38,481 nt of DNA from Spirochaetota bacterium (GCA_009908925.1 JAAAOH010000370.1:1-38481); one strand, 5' to 3'. Shown: positions 1-9,479, numbered from the stretch's first letter. Made by a program: numbers and translations. Notes: generated by a model not told the origin, from the letters alone.

Positions 1-387
1 TTCCATGGCATGTCGGCAGCACTCGTAGCTACCACTCGCGGTCTCGAGGGCAAACTCGAAGAGCTCGTCGAGGGGGCGCTCGGCACGATCGGGGTCGTAG
101 CGATGATACGTGCCCTCCGAGTCGATGAGCTCGTAGGTGCGCTGGATCTCCAGCTCCACCCCCTTCGAGTAGAGCCGCGCGACGTATTCCTTGCTGTGTA
201 CTTGCTCGAGGTCTTCGCGAGTGATCTCCGTATCGCCGCGCGGCGCCAGGGCGGACCGAAGAAGCGGCGCTACGCGTGGCTCGCCGCGGAGGGTTTCGAG
301 GGCCTCCCGGGTCGCGTCCGGTCCGATCGGGATGGCGATCCCGTATGCGTTCAGTGCGGGTCGAGGGTGGGGGTCGTAGAGGATCAT
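1..387 (-). CDS. Histone-deacetylase/acetoin-utilisation (HDAC/AcuC-like) family protein, N-terminal part. The gene continues past the window start.
   Basis: My own translation of the minus strand from the ATG at 387 gives MILYDPHPRPALNAYGIAIPIGP...ITREDLEQVHSKEYVARLYS...ALETASGSYECCRHAME. It stays open to position 1. The track omits it because no stop lies in the window. The (D/E)L-x2-VHS-x-EY-x2-L segment and the following A-x-G-G-like segment resemble the N-terminus of bacterial HDAC-family enzymes. It starts 12 nt after the REC-GGDEF stop. Confidence 0.5.
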   Translation of the reverse strand, partial: MILYDPHPRPALNAYGIAIPIGPDATREALETLRGEPRVAPLLRSALAPRGDTEITREDLEQVHSKEYVARLYSKGVELEIQRTYELIDSEGTYHRYDPDRAERPLDELFEFALETASGSYECCRHAME

Positions 388-399
388 TGGTCCAAGATA

Positions 400-1416
400 C
401 TATTCGGATGCGCTTTCAGACATTCCGTTTTCGTAGGTTACGGTGCGGTTGCGGCCCCGGCGCTTGCCCTCATAGAGGGCCCTGTCGGCCTGCTCGATGC
501 ACGTTTCTATGTCCGCCTCTCCGCATGAGCTCACGCCGAGGGTGATTGACACGTTCAGCTCGAGGTCTCCATAGCGAAAGGGGGCGTTCCTGATGGCATC
601 GCGCAGTTTCTCGCCCAGTACCCGTGCACCCTCGCAGGAGGTGTCCGGCAGAAATACCAGAAACTCCTCTCCGCCCCATCGCGCGACCAGGTCCTGGCCA
701 CGAACTGCCTGCTGCATGCGTGCAGCGATCTCGCGGAGAATGTCGTCGCCGCAGTCGTGGCCGTGGAGGTCGTTTATCTCCTTGAAGTGGTCGACGTCAC
801 CAATGATGAACGAGTATGAGGATTCAGCGCGTGTTGCACGCTCGCGCTCGTACTCGGCAATGGCCATCATGTGATAGCGGTTGGCAAGCCCGGTCAACTG
901 GTCGGTACTTGCCCGCTCGAGCAGCGTCCGGTTGAACCGAGCCATCTCGGCCTGCTGTGCCTGCAGCTCGTTTTCGTGTTGCACCGAGATCAGCAGTTGC
1001 TTCGAGAGGTCGTCTACGGCCGCCTCGAGCAGTTGCTGTGCTTCCAGGGCACGGAGCTGAGCCCTGACTCTCGAGCGGACTTCGGGACCGTAGAAGGGCT
1101 TGGTGACGTAATCCACACCGCCTACCGCGAAGCCCTCCATCAGTGTTTCTTTCTCCTCCCTGGCGGTCAGGAAGATGACGGGGGTATCGCGGTACTCCGG
1201 CCGCTCCTTGAGCCTGCGGCAGACTTCCAGGCCGTCCATCTCCGGCATCATGATGTCGAGTAGAACGAGATCGAACTGCTTATGCGAGCTCTGCTCGAGC
1301 GCCTCAGCACCACTGCGGGCGAAGGCGATGCCGTAGCCATCTCCTTCGAGCTCCGATGCGACGAGTCGAATGTTGCTTGCGTTGTCGTCAACGATGAGTA
1401 TATCGTGGCGGCTCAT
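400..1416 (-). CDS. Response regulator with receiver domain and GGDEF diguanylate cyclase output
   Basis: N-terminus ILIVDDNASNIRL...DLVLLDIMMPEMDG...TPVIFLTA...YVTKP is a CheY-like REC domain. A coiled linker follows, then DQLTGLANR...DVDHFKEINDLHGH..GD...RWGGEEF...ADRALYEGKRRGRN, a GGDEF domain with a GGEEF active site. Its ATG overlaps the kinase stop codon (ATGA). Confidence 0.9.
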   Translation of the reverse strand: MSRHDILIVDDNASNIRLVASELEGDGYGIAFARSGAEALEQSSHKQFDLVLLDIMMPEMDGLEVCRRLKERPEYRDTPVIFLTAREEKETLMEGFAVGGVDYVTKPFYGPEVRSRVRAQLRALEAQQLLEAAVDDLSKQLLISVQHENELQAQQAEMARFNRTLLERASTDQLTGLANRYHMMAIAEYERERATRAESSYSFIIGDVDHFKEINDLHGHDCGDDILREIAARMQQAVRGQDLVARWGGEEFLVFLPDTSCEGARVLGEKLRDAIRNAPFRYGDLELNVSITLGVSSCGEADIETCIEQADRALYEGKRRGRNRTVTYENGMSESASE

Positions 1417-4400
1417 CCGTCATCGCCTCCGTCATGGTCGGTCTCCGGAGCGGTGTCCAGCTCCACATCGAGGACACGCGCGAGGTGACGGAACCGGTCG
1501 AGGCCCTGCTCCATCGCGTCGATGTCGAACTCCCGCGCTGCACCGGCAAGATCATGCCCGCTTCGGGTGAGGACCTCAACACCGAACTCGCTCCCGAGGG
1601 ATTCGATCCGCTCAGCGAAACCCACGATGTCGTCGCGCATCTTTACCTCCTGGGTCCGCCGCCAATGCGGGTGTATCCGGCGTTTGATCGCTCGCCGGAG
1701 TCGTTCCCTCTCCTCACCCGAGAGTCCGGAGAGCTCGCCCTCCGGCCCACTCTCCGGACCGCCGGCGACGTCGGCGGGGTCGGCGCGGTCCGAAGCCTCG
1801 TGGGCCGCGGCGTCGTCGCGCGCGGCACGCGAGGGCGCTTCGTGGCTGTATGGCAGGTTCGGAAGGCGCACGACAAAGCGGGTTCCCTCGCCCTCACTGC
1901 TACTTGCCTCGATGGTGCCGTCCATCCGCTCGACGAGACGTTTGGTGATCGCGAGTCCCAGTCCGGTCCCTCCATAGGTTCTGCCCGTGTCACCGCGTCC
2001 CTGTGAAAACGCCTCAAACATATGCGCCTGCGTCGCCTCGGTCATGCCGATGCCGGTGTCCGTGACCGCAAGCTCGAGGTCGAAGCCGCCGTCATCTGTA
2101 GTTTGTCCGTCGAAGTCTATCTTCACCGATCCGTGCTCGGTGAATTTGATCGCGTTACCCACCAGATTGACGATGATCTGCCGGAGGCGGGCCTTGTCGA
2201 AATAGAGGACGGCAGGTACACCGGCGGCAATCGAGGACTCGAGCCGTATGCCGGCGTCGTGTGCCTGCGGCTCGAACAGAGCCGTGATGCCCGCCACGAG
2301 CTCTCGCGGGTCTTCGAGCGCCGGCGAGATGTCGAGGCGGCCCGCCTCGACCTTGGAGAGGTCGAGGATGTCACTGATGAGGCGCAGGAGCGTCTGGGCT
2401 GATTCTTCGATAGTCCCGATATAGTGATGCGCGGTAGAGTCGCTTGTGCGCCGCCGCAGAAGCTCGCCGAACCCCATGATGGCGTGGAGCGGCGTGCGTA
2501 TCTCGTGGCTGACGTTTGCCAGGAACTCGCTCTTCGCCTGACTCGCCGACTCGGCCTGGGCTTTGGCCTGTTTCAGCCGCTCCTCTATCCGGATCCGTTC
2601 GGTCACGTCGCGGGATACCGTAATGATCTCGGAGACCGACCGGCTTTTCTCGTCCCAGATGGTCTTGCTGGTGGTCTCGAACCAGGTGTAGGTGCCATCC
2701 TTACAGCGGATACGGTAGGTCACGTAGGTGATCTCCGGCCCGCTGCGTATGGTATCGTGAGATTCCTGTATCTTCGCCACATCCTCGGGGTGGAAGAGGT
2801 CGTAACAGTTGACCCCGACGAGCTCCTCCGGCTCATAGCCCAGGAGGTACCGACACGCGGGGGACACGTAGGTGTACGTGCCGTCTGCGGAGTGACGGGA
2901 AATCATGTCGGTGGCATTCTCGGCGAGCAGGCGGTACTGGCGCTCGCTCTCCACCCGTTCGGTCTCGTCGGTCTGTACGGCGACGAACCATTCGATATCA
3001 TTCCGGTCATTCAGCACCGGCGCAATTGTCTGGTTCGCATAGTAGAGCGTGCCGTCTTTGCGGCGGTTGACGATCTGCTCCCGCCACGTGCCGCCGGAAT
3101 GAATCGTCTTATGGAGCCGCGCGTAGTACTCATCCGGCAGGCGGCCGGATTTGAGCAGGCGGGGATTTTCGCCGAGGGCCTCTTCACGGGAGTACCCGGT
3201 GGTCCGCTCGAACGCCGGATTCACGTAGTGGATGGTACCGTGTGCGTCGGTGATGTAGACGGCGTGACCGGCTTCCTCCACCGCCTTGTGCAGACGCCGC
3301 AGCTCTTCCTCGATGTACTTGCGCTCCGACATATCGCGGATTGTTCCTACGATCCGCTCATCATCGGTACCCAGACCTTCGAGCCTGGCGGATATCGAGG
3401 CGGTGACGGCCCGTCCGTCCGCGGTGTGCATTTCGAGCTCATAGTCGTCGACGGTGGCTTCCGACACGAGGCGGTTGACCAGCTCGCGCTGCGCGTCCGG
3501 TTCGATGCGCAGTGCGCTGATCTCCGCGCCGACAAGCCGGGACGGTTCGTACCCGAACTTGCGAATCGAGGGACTGACGGTGATGATTCGTCCGTCGGAC
3601 TTTCGTACCTCGGCGTAGACGTCGTGGAGGCTCTCGAACATCCTGCGGTAGCGGTGCTCACTGCGGGTGAGGCGTCGCTCGGCAACCCGTCGGCGAACTA
3701 TGTTGATGAGCAGGACCGTGACAAGCACTCCGAGAACGGCGATGATCGCAGCCGCGGCGATCACCTGATTGCGGTAGCTGTACCACATCGTCTGCGGCTC
3801 GTTCATGATCCGGCTTCCGGGCGGGAGGTTGTTCATCGCGATGCCGTGGCGGGCGAGGGCGGCGTAGTCGAAGGTGAAACGGTTTGGGCTGTCGGTCACG
3901 ACCTGAATCGAATCCGCCGATTCGCCGCGCAGTACCCTCGTCATAATCTCGGCCTGGGTCTGTGCCTGGCCCTGCGCGCTCACTACCAGCCCCCCAACCA
4001 CGCCGCTGCCCAGGAATACGTCCCAGGCCGTGTAGACGGGGCTCGCCGTGTGCTCTGCAAGAAACCGTCCACCTTCGGCGTCGCTGAACACCACCTCGTC
4101 GGAGGTGCGGAAGAGCGAGAGGTTGATGACGATACTGTCGCGGGGAAGGGAAGCCAGCCGCTCACGCAGCCCGTCGCGAGAGAGACCCGCAAGGCGAATG
4201 ATCTCGATCTCGGGGGCAAAATCCTCGATCAGCCGGTCGAACTCCCGCTGGGTGATGCGTCCGGTGATGGTACTGTCGCTGACCGAGACCAGGTGTGTTG
4301 CATCGGGATGCAGCTCCATCGCGAGCTCGACCGTCCCCCGGATGTCGGCTTTTTCAGCCACGCCGGTGATATTGCGGTGCCCGGCATGGGCCCGGGGACT

Positions 4401-4823
4401 GTAATCATTGATGCCCGCGAAGACTACGGGGGTGTCTCCGAAGAGTTGCTCTCTGCTCTCCAGAAGCAGCTCGAAGGCCGGATTGTCGGTTACGGCTACG
4501 ACATCCAGGTCCTTGTCTGCGTACTTTGCCGCGAGGAGGTCACGAAACGCTGGAGCTACGCCCGCGATTTCGTATCGCTTCGCATCGAGATATTCCACAT
4601 AGATGTCGATCTCGGGAAACTGCCGGTGAAGATGTGCCTTCATGGTGGCGTTCATCGTGGCGCTCCACCGGTACTCCTCGTTGTAGGAATGAAGGATCAG
4701 CACGCGCCGAGGCCCCGATCCGGCCTGGTCCTCACCCATGGCGACTCCGGCCACGAACAGCAGAAGTACGAACAGGAGAAAGATGATGCATGTTATTCGT
4801 ACCGGTACCGCACGCAACCACAT
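1413..4823 (-). CDS. Large membrane sensor histidine kinase: periplasmic ABC-substrate-binding-like sensor, TM, three PAS domains, HisKA, HATPase_c, and a C-terminal Hpt-like segment
   Basis: N-terminal hydrophobic signal/TM segment. A periplasmic region of about 330 aa (VLILHSYNEEYRW..., as in PF04392-type sensor domains) is followed by a second TM (VIAAAAIIAVLGVLVTVLLINIV). Three PAS-like blocks follow. H-box FLANVSHEIRTPLHAIMG, G-boxes DTGIGM and GGTGLGLAI. The C-terminal GHDLAGAAREF resembles the Hpt H-x-L-K-G motif. Confidence 0.9.
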   Translation of the reverse strand: MWLRAVPVRITCIIFLLFVLLLFVAGVAMGEDQAGSGPRRVLILHSYNEEYRWSATMNATMKAHLHRQFPEIDIYVEYLDAKRYEIAGVAPAFRDLLAAKYADKDLDVVAVTDNPAFELLLESREQLFGDTPVVFAGINDYSPRAHAGHRNITGVAEKADIRGTVELAMELHPDATHLVSVSDSTITGRITQREFDRLIEDFAPEIEIIRLAGLSRDGLRERLASLPRDSIVINLSLFRTSDEVVFSDAEGGRFLAEHTASPVYTAWDVFLGSGVVGGLVVSAQGQAQTQAEIMTRVLRGESADSIQVVTDSPNRFTFDYAALARHGIAMNNLPPGSRIMNEPQTMWYSYRNQVIAAAAIIAVLGVLVTVLLINIVRRRVAERRLTRSEHRYRRMFESLHDVYAEVRKSDGRIITVSPSIRKFGYEPSRLVGAEISALRIEPDAQRELVNRLVSEATVDDYELEMHTADGRAVTASISARLEGLGTDDERIVGTIRDMSERKYIEEELRRLHKAVEEAGHAVYITDAHGTIHYVNPAFERTTGYSREEALGENPRLLKSGRLPDEYYARLHKTIHSGGTWREQIVNRRKDGTLYYANQTIAPVLNDRNDIEWFVAVQTDETERVESERQYRLLAENATDMISRHSADGTYTYVSPACRYLLGYEPEELVGVNCYDLFHPEDVAKIQESHDTIRSGPEITYVTYRIRCKDGTYTWFETTSKTIWDEKSRSVSEIITVSRDVTERIRIEERLKQAKAQAESASQAKSEFLANVSHEIRTPLHAIMGFGELLRRRTSDSTAHHYIGTIEESAQTLLRLISDILDLSKVEAGRLDISPALEDPRELVAGITALFEPQAHDAGIRLESSIAAGVPAVLYFDKARLRQIIVNLVGNAIKFTEHGSVKIDFDGQTTDDGGFDLELAVTDTGIGMTEATQAHMFEAFSQGRGDTGRTYGGTGLGLAITKRLVERMDGTIEASSSEGEGTRFVVRLPNLPYSHEAPSRAARDDAAAHEASDRADPADVAGGPESGPEGELSGLSGEERERLRRAIKRRIHPHWRRTQEVKMRDDIVGFAERIESLGSEFGVEVLTRSGHDLAGAAREFDIDAMEQGLDRFRHLARVLDVELDTAPETDHDGGDDG

Positions 4824-4948
4824 AGGCGTTGACCGGGGAGAATATATCCTGAAACCGGGCTATGACCAAGCGCGCGCGTCGAGAATCAGGCGGGAGAAAT
4901 CCTGAAACGCATGTTGTGTGAATTCGAGTTAGGTGCTAAATTGGAGAT

Positions 4949-5740
4949 GTGGGCGTGAATGGAGGACGAGGCGGTGATCGGAGTGACAGAGTGCACAAGC
5001 AGGTTCAGAGTTCGGACACGGTACAGCGCCTCTCACATGAGCTGTTGCTGCTGCTTGCTCGATTCGCCGATGAGGACGACGAGGCGAGCGTGATACGCCT
5101 CTTCCGCGAAACGGTGAACTCGATTCACGGAAGCGAACTCATGGGTGAGTTCCGCGATCATCCCGACGGCCCCAATCTCCCGCTTGCCACGGCTCGCAGT
5201 TGCTTTGGTGGCTATCCGCTCCGGGATGCACCGCACACGCTGTCCCCCGAGATGATCACGATGCTGCGTGCCGCCGCCCACGCCGTCGCAGTCATTCTCG
5301 AGTCAAATGCGACGCGGAATGAAGTTCGTACCCGGGAGCATCGGCTCGAGCGGGACATCGAGGTGGCGACTCGCGAGCTGAGTGCTCAGACCGAGTCCTA
5401 CCGCCTCGTGCTGGACAACATGCAGGAAGCAATCTACCTGTGGGAGCTCGGCAGCGACGGCGCGCTGCGCTGCATGGAGGCCAACGCCGCCGCCTCTCGA
5501 ATGCTCGGTTACGGCCGTGACGAACTCGTGGGACTCAGACCGGCCGACCTCACCGGAGATTCTGCACGTCGCTCGGTAGCCGACTGCCTGCCGCGTCTGC
5601 ACCGCGAGTCGCGTTGCTCGTTTGCCACCGTTCACGTGGCCAGCGACGGTGCCGGCGTACCGGTGCAGGTTGAAGCATACGCACTCGCAACCGACGCGGC
5701 GTTCTACGTGGTCAGCCGTGTCCTCCGCGCCGCCGAATGA
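4949..5740 (+). CDS. PAS-domain protein without a recognisable output domain (start codon uncertain)
   Basis: The C-terminal half, YRLVLDNMQEAIYLWELGSDGALRCMEANAAASRMLGYGRDELVGLRPADL...VPVQVEAYAL, is PAS-like. I did not recognise the N-terminal ~120 aa. The track start at 4949 is a GTG. Confidence 0.55.
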   Translation: MGVNGGRGGDRSDRVHKQVQSSDTVQRLSHELLLLLARFADEDDEASVIRLFRETVNSIHGSELMGEFRDHPDGPNLPLATARSCFGGYPLRDAPHTLSPEMITMLRAAAHAVAVILESNATRNEVRTREHRLERDIEVATRELSAQTESYRLVLDNMQEAIYLWELGSDGALRCMEANAAASRMLGYGRDELVGLRPADLTGDSARRSVADCLPRLHRESRCSFATVHVASDGAGVPVQVEAYALATDAAFYVVSRVLRAAE

Positions 5741-5769
5741 GGCAGCCGCGGCGCGGGTTCCTCGCTGAG

Positions 5770-6960
5770 TCAGCCGGACAACACGTTGCGGATCGACGCA
5801 CCGAGACGCTCGATCGCCGTGCGAATGTTCTCCTCACTGTTCACGGTGAAATTGAGCCGCATGGTGGCCCGACCCGACTCCGGATCACTGTAGAAGAACT
5901 TTCCCGGAACGAAGGCAACTTTGTTCCGGATACCTTCCTCGTAGATCTTCTCCATGTCGGCCTCCGCCGGTCCCTCCGCCCAGATGAACATCCCGCCGTC
6001 GGGCTGTGTCCAGGTGAAGCTGTCGGGAAAGTGCCGTTTCATCTCTTCGAGCATGACTTCCTGCTTCGGCCGGTAGATTTCGATGATCTTCGGCAGATGC
6101 CGATCGTGGTAGCCGCCGGCGATGAACTCCGTGCAGAGCGCCTGCGTGAGGGAGCTCGTGTTGAGATCAACGCCCTGCTTCGCGATGACCAGCCACTGCC
6201 GCACGCGCTCGGGCGCCACATAGTAGCCGACGCGTAGCCCCGGTGCGAACACCTTGGAAAACGACCCGGTGTATACGACCTGCTCCGGCGCAAAGGTCTG
6301 GATCGGCGGTGCCCACTCCCCTCGGTATCGAAGCGCGCCGTAGGGATCATCCTCGATGACGAGCGTGTCGCTGCGCCTGATGATCTCCGCGACCTGTTTG
6401 CGTCGATCGAGCGACAATGTGCGGCCGGTGGGGTTCTGGAAGGTCGGGCTCAGATAGGCGAATTTCGGGTTGTGCTCGGCGATCACTCGCTCGAGTGACT
6501 CCGGGATCAGGCCGTACTCGTCGGTGTCTATCTGCACGTAGGACGGCTCGTAGGGGTTGAACGCCTGCAGCGCGCCGAGGTAGGTGGGCGCCTCCACGGC
6601 GATGTGATCACCCGGTGACACCAGTATCTTGCCCATGGCGTCGAGTACCGACTGCGAGCCGGTGGTCACGAAAACCTCGTCGGCGCCGACTTCGATGTTC
6701 TGCCCCGCAAGATGGTCGACGAGCGCTTTTCTCAGCGCCGGAAAACCCTCGGTGCGGGTGTACTGCAGCGCTTCGGTGCCGTAGTGGTCCATGGCCCGGC
6801 GGTACAGCTCGTCGATGAACTCTGTCGGGAAGGCGTCCGGGGAGGGCATCCCGCCGCCGAGCGAGATGATGTCCGGTCTCGCTGCAAGCTTGAGAATCTC
6901 CCTGATGGCGCTCGAACCCATGTTGCGGGTGCGGCCCGCGAGGAACGTGTCATGTTGCAT
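5770..6960 (-). CDS. PLP-dependent aminotransferase, class I/II (2-aminoadipate/aromatic aminotransferase-like)
   Basis: SAIREILKLAARPDIISLGGGMPSPDAFP is the typical N-terminus of the LysN/AadAT-like subgroup. SFSKVFAPGLRVGY contains the Schiff-base lysine. GGAGAGG Shine-Dalgarno sequence upstream of the ATG at 6960. Confidence 0.85.
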   Translation of the reverse strand: MQHDTFLAGRTRNMGSSAIREILKLAARPDIISLGGGMPSPDAFPTEFIDELYRRAMDHYGTEALQYTRTEGFPALRKALVDHLAGQNIEVGADEVFVTTGSQSVLDAMGKILVSPGDHIAVEAPTYLGALQAFNPYEPSYVQIDTDEYGLIPESLERVIAEHNPKFAYLSPTFQNPTGRTLSLDRRKQVAEIIRRSDTLVIEDDPYGALRYRGEWAPPIQTFAPEQVVYTGSFSKVFAPGLRVGYYVAPERVRQWLVIAKQGVDLNTSSLTQALCTEFIAGGYHDRHLPKIIEIYRPKQEVMLEEMKRHFPDSFTWTQPDGGMFIWAEGPAEADMEKIYEEGIRNKVAFVPGKFFYSDPESGRATMRLNFTVNSEENIRTAIERLGASIRNVLSG

Positions 6961-7113
6961 GTCCTAACCTCTCCACGTCTCACTCTAACATGAGCCTGCG
7001 TATTTGCGCATCCGGCCGGTGCGCCGGATTGTCGCCCTGTGCGCAGGATTGTGGTTCTCCCGGGCACGGGCGCATTGCGGTCGGCGTCGCTCCGGGGCTA
7101 TACTCACCGGACC

Positions 7114-8412
7114 ATGACGATAGAGCTCATCCCCTTTTCCTCGCCCCTCCACCCGGGCTTCGACCTGGCAACGGCCCACCGCGAATTGTTCGCAGCCATC
7201 TCGGCCGAACACGAGCTTCGATTCACCGAGCCGAGCGAACTTCCGGTGCGCCCCGCAGGGGCGGCGACCACCGCCGAAGCAAATGGTGCCGCAAGCGCCG
7301 CCGACCCACCCACCACCGGGGACGCCGCCGACCTGCAGGTCGTATTCATCGCCTCGGGAGGCACGGAGAATCAGTTCGTCGATTCCTGGGACCGATTGCC
7401 GCGACCGGTCTATCTCCTCACCGACGGCAAGCACAACTCACTTGCCGCCTCCCTCGAGATTAGCGCATGGGTCCGCAGTCAGGGCGTACGCTGCGAGATC
7501 CTGCACGGTGAGCCGCACGAGGTCTCCCTGCGGCTCGCGGACCTTGCGGCGGTTGAGCGCACGCTCGGGGTGCTGTCCTCGAGCAGGATGGGTTTCATCG
7601 GTGCGCCCTCGGACTGGCTCATCGCGAGCTCGGTTGATCGTGACGTGCTCCGCAACCGCTTCGGTGCGGAGACCGAGGACGTCGACCTGGAGGATTTGTA
7701 CCGCTACATAGACGATGTGGACACGGAAGTGGCGCGGTCTGTGGCCGTGGAGCTTCGGGTGCGCAGCAGCGCCGTCGTCGAGCCGGATGATGAGGCGCTC
7801 GAGCAGGCCGCGGCGATCTATCTCGGCCTCAAGCAGCTCATAGGTGATCGGGGCCTGACCGCAGTTACGGTGCGCTGCTTCGACCTCGTTACCCGTTATC
7901 ACAACACGGGCTGTCTCGCACTCGCGCTTCTCAACGACGAAGGAATCATGGCGGGTTGCGAGGGCGATCAACAGGCGCTGTTCACCGTGGTCGCCGCGCA
8001 CGCACTCACGGGCGAGACTCCGTTTCTCGCCAACCCGGCAGCCCTCGATACGTCGGAGAACGCCGTAGAGATCGCCCACTGTATGGTGGCCACGCGGGCG
8101 GTGGGGTCTTTCAGGATTCGGAGTCACTTCGAAACGGGTATCGGCGTGGCCATTGAGGGGGACTACGAGGGCGGCGATCTGACCATCCTGCGGATCGGCG
8201 CCCGGGACCTGTCGCGGGCCTGGGTGTCGGAGGCCGAGCCGGAGACCGCCGAGCATTCCGAGGAGCGGTGTCGCACACAGCTTCGACTGAAACTGGACCG
8301 TGACGTTCGCTACTTTCTCGACGGGGCCGTCGCCAATCACCATGTCGCGGTTCGCGGTCGATGGGCCGACCGCTTCGACGCCTTCTTTGCCCGCACCGGC
8401 ATCGAGGCCTGA
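7114..8412 (+). CDS. L-fucose/L-arabinose isomerase-family-like protein
   Basis: FIGAPSDWLIAS...VRCFDL...NTGCLALALLNDEGIMAGCEGDQQALF...GETPFLANP...IAHC resembles the sugar isomerase (COG2407-type) core. I prefer the ATG at 7114 (MTIELIPF) to the GTG at 7039 in the track. The first 25 codons of the track ORF look non-coding, and a TATACT hexamer sits at 7099-7104. Confidence 0.55.
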   Translation: MTIELIPFSSPLHPGFDLATAHRELFAAISAEHELRFTEPSELPVRPAGAATTAEANGAASAADPPTTGDAADLQVVFIASGGTENQFVDSWDRLPRPVYLLTDGKHNSLAASLEISAWVRSQGVRCEILHGEPHEVSLRLADLAAVERTLGVLSSSRMGFIGAPSDWLIASSVDRDVLRNRFGAETEDVDLEDLYRYIDDVDTEVARSVAVELRVRSSAVVEPDDEALEQAAAIYLGLKQLIGDRGLTAVTVRCFDLVTRYHNTGCLALALLNDEGIMAGCEGDQQALFTVVAAHALTGETPFLANPAALDTSENAVEIAHCMVATRAVGSFRIRSHFETGIGVAIEGDYEGGDLTILRIGARDLSRAWVSEAEPETAEHSEERCRTQLRLKLDRDVRYFLDGAVANHHVAVRGRWADRFDAFFARTGIEA

Positions 8413-8491
8413 CCCGGGCACGCCGACACTCCAACCCCACGCGACCCCGGCCACCGCGGCACCCCACTCGAACCGGGCGCCCCGGCGTCCC

Positions 8492-8537
8492 TGCAGTCTG
8501 CAATGGTCGCCCCGCCCCGCCCGTGGCAGTCTGCAAT
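8492..8537 (+). promoter_or_regulatory. Pair of near-identical palindromic sites, a candidate enhancer-binding-protein UAS
   Basis: GCAGTCTGCAAT occurs at 8493-8504 and again at 8526-8537. Site 1 contains the perfect palindrome TGCAG-T-CTGCA (8492-8502). Site 2 is GGCAG-T-CTGCA (8525-8535). The centres are 33 bp apart and lie about 85-120 bp upstream of the -24 element. Confidence 0.4.
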
Positions 8538-8613
8538 ACTGCTGAGGCGTCCCTGCTTCGTTCCTGGCGTCTAAGTCCCTCCCTGAAATGCGCTTATGGT
8601 GTCGGGTCTATCC

Positions 8614-8629
8614 TGGCACGCCGTTTGCA
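8614..8629 (+). promoter_or_regulatory. Sigma-54 (RpoN) -24/-12 promoter
   Basis: TGGCAC (8614-8619), gccgt, TTGCA (8625-8629) is an exact match to the TGGCAC-N5-TTGCW consensus. It lies in an intergenic region about 50 nt upstream of the radical-SAM ATG (8679). This was the only TGGCAC in the window that I found with a correctly spaced TTGC. Confidence 0.65.
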
Positions 8630-8678
8630 ACCTCTTTTACGATTCGGCCCTTTTATCCCGGTACGAGGAGGAGATATC

Positions 8679-9479
8679 ATGATAGCGCACACCCGGAATC
8701 CGTCCATGGAGCCACAGGCCACCTGCGTGTTCGGTCCCGTTCATTCGCGTCGACTCGGCCGCGTGATCTGCGCCGAGCTCGTTCCCCACAAGGTCTGCAC
8801 CTTCGACTGTATCTACTGTGAGCGTGGCCTCACCACCCGAAAAACCATCATGCGTGACATGTACTGCGATTTTCCGGCTGTTGTCGCGGAGATCCGAGAC
8901 CTGCTTCATTTCGAGCCCGACTATATCGCGCTGACCGGCGCCGGAGAGCCCCTCATTCAGGGGCAGGTCAACCAGCTCATGCAGCTCATCCGGACCGTCA
9001 CCGACGTGCCGATTGCGGTGATGTCGAGCGGCGGCCTGTTCTGGCGCGCGGACGTTCGTGCCGAGCTCATGGACGCAGACATCGTGTTGCCGTCGCTCGA
9101 CGCGGGCGACAACGCCACGCTGCAGGCGGTCAACAGACCCCATGCACGAATTGCCGTCGACGACATGATTGACGGATTGATCCGCTTCCGACGTCGTTTC
9201 AAAGGCCGCCCGATCTGGATGCGAACCACACTCGTCGGTGGAGTGAACGACACTGCGCAGAGCCTCGACCGCATTCGGCGTGCCGTCCGGCGAATCGAGC
9301 CGGATCGTCTCCAGATCCGCACCGCAGAGGTGCCGTCAATGGAGAGCAGCCACGTTATATCGCCGGACCGTCTCGAGCGCATCGTGGAGTACTTCGGCGA
9401 GAACACCGAGATCATCGATGAGGCTGCAACCGCCGAGCGCAGTCGGGGCTTCAGGGCGCTGGCCGCCGTCGCGGGGTAA
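8679..9479 (+). CDS. Small radical SAM protein of uncharacterised subfamily
   Basis: VFGPVHSRRLGRVICAELVPHKVCTFDCIYCE contains the CxxxCxxC cluster motif, preceded by the GPV-x-SRRLG signature I associate with an uncharacterised radical-SAM family. ALTGAGEPL is a SAM-binding glycine-rich motif. The ATG at 8679 is preceded by GAGGAGGAG. The track's 5' extension back to 8361 crosses the promoter region and is Arg/Pro-rich junk. Confidence 0.8.
   Translation: MIAHTRNPSMEPQATCVFGPVHSRRLGRVICAELVPHKVCTFDCIYCERGLTTRKTIMRDMYCDFPAVVAEIRDLLHFEPDYIALTGAGEPLIQGQVNQLMQLIRTVTDVPIAVMSSGGLFWRADVRAELMDADIVLPSLDAGDNATLQAVNRPHARIAVDDMIDGLIRFRRRFKGRPIWMRTTLVGGVNDTAQSLDRIRRAVRRIEPDRLQIRTAEVPSMESSHVISPDRLERIVEYFGENTEIIDEAATAERSRGFRALAAVAG

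Noticed and set aside
10-528. 172-aa plus-strand ORF at the window start
   Set aside because: It overlaps the 3' end of the REC-GGDEF gene and is antisense to the HDAC-like reading frame, which gives a much more protein-like translation.
2424-4832. 802-aa ORF on the plus strand, the longest alternative ORF in the window
   Set aside because: It is entirely antisense to the sensor kinase, whose PAS/HisKA/HATPase motifs are unambiguous. Its translation is Arg/Gly/Val/Pro-rich with no recognisable motif. This is the typical shadow ORF of a high-GC gene.
8524-8535. TGGCAG-TC-TGCA as a second sigma-54 promoter
   Set aside because: The GG-to-GC spacing is 8 nt instead of 12. It is better explained as one of the two palindromic UAS copies.
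8361-8678. 5' extension of the radical-SAM ORF (106 extra codons in the track)
   Set aside because: The extension is Arg/Pro-rich and overlaps the end of the upstream gene. It also runs through the sigma-54 promoter and UAS. A strong SD plus ATG at 8679 fits the family's N-terminus.
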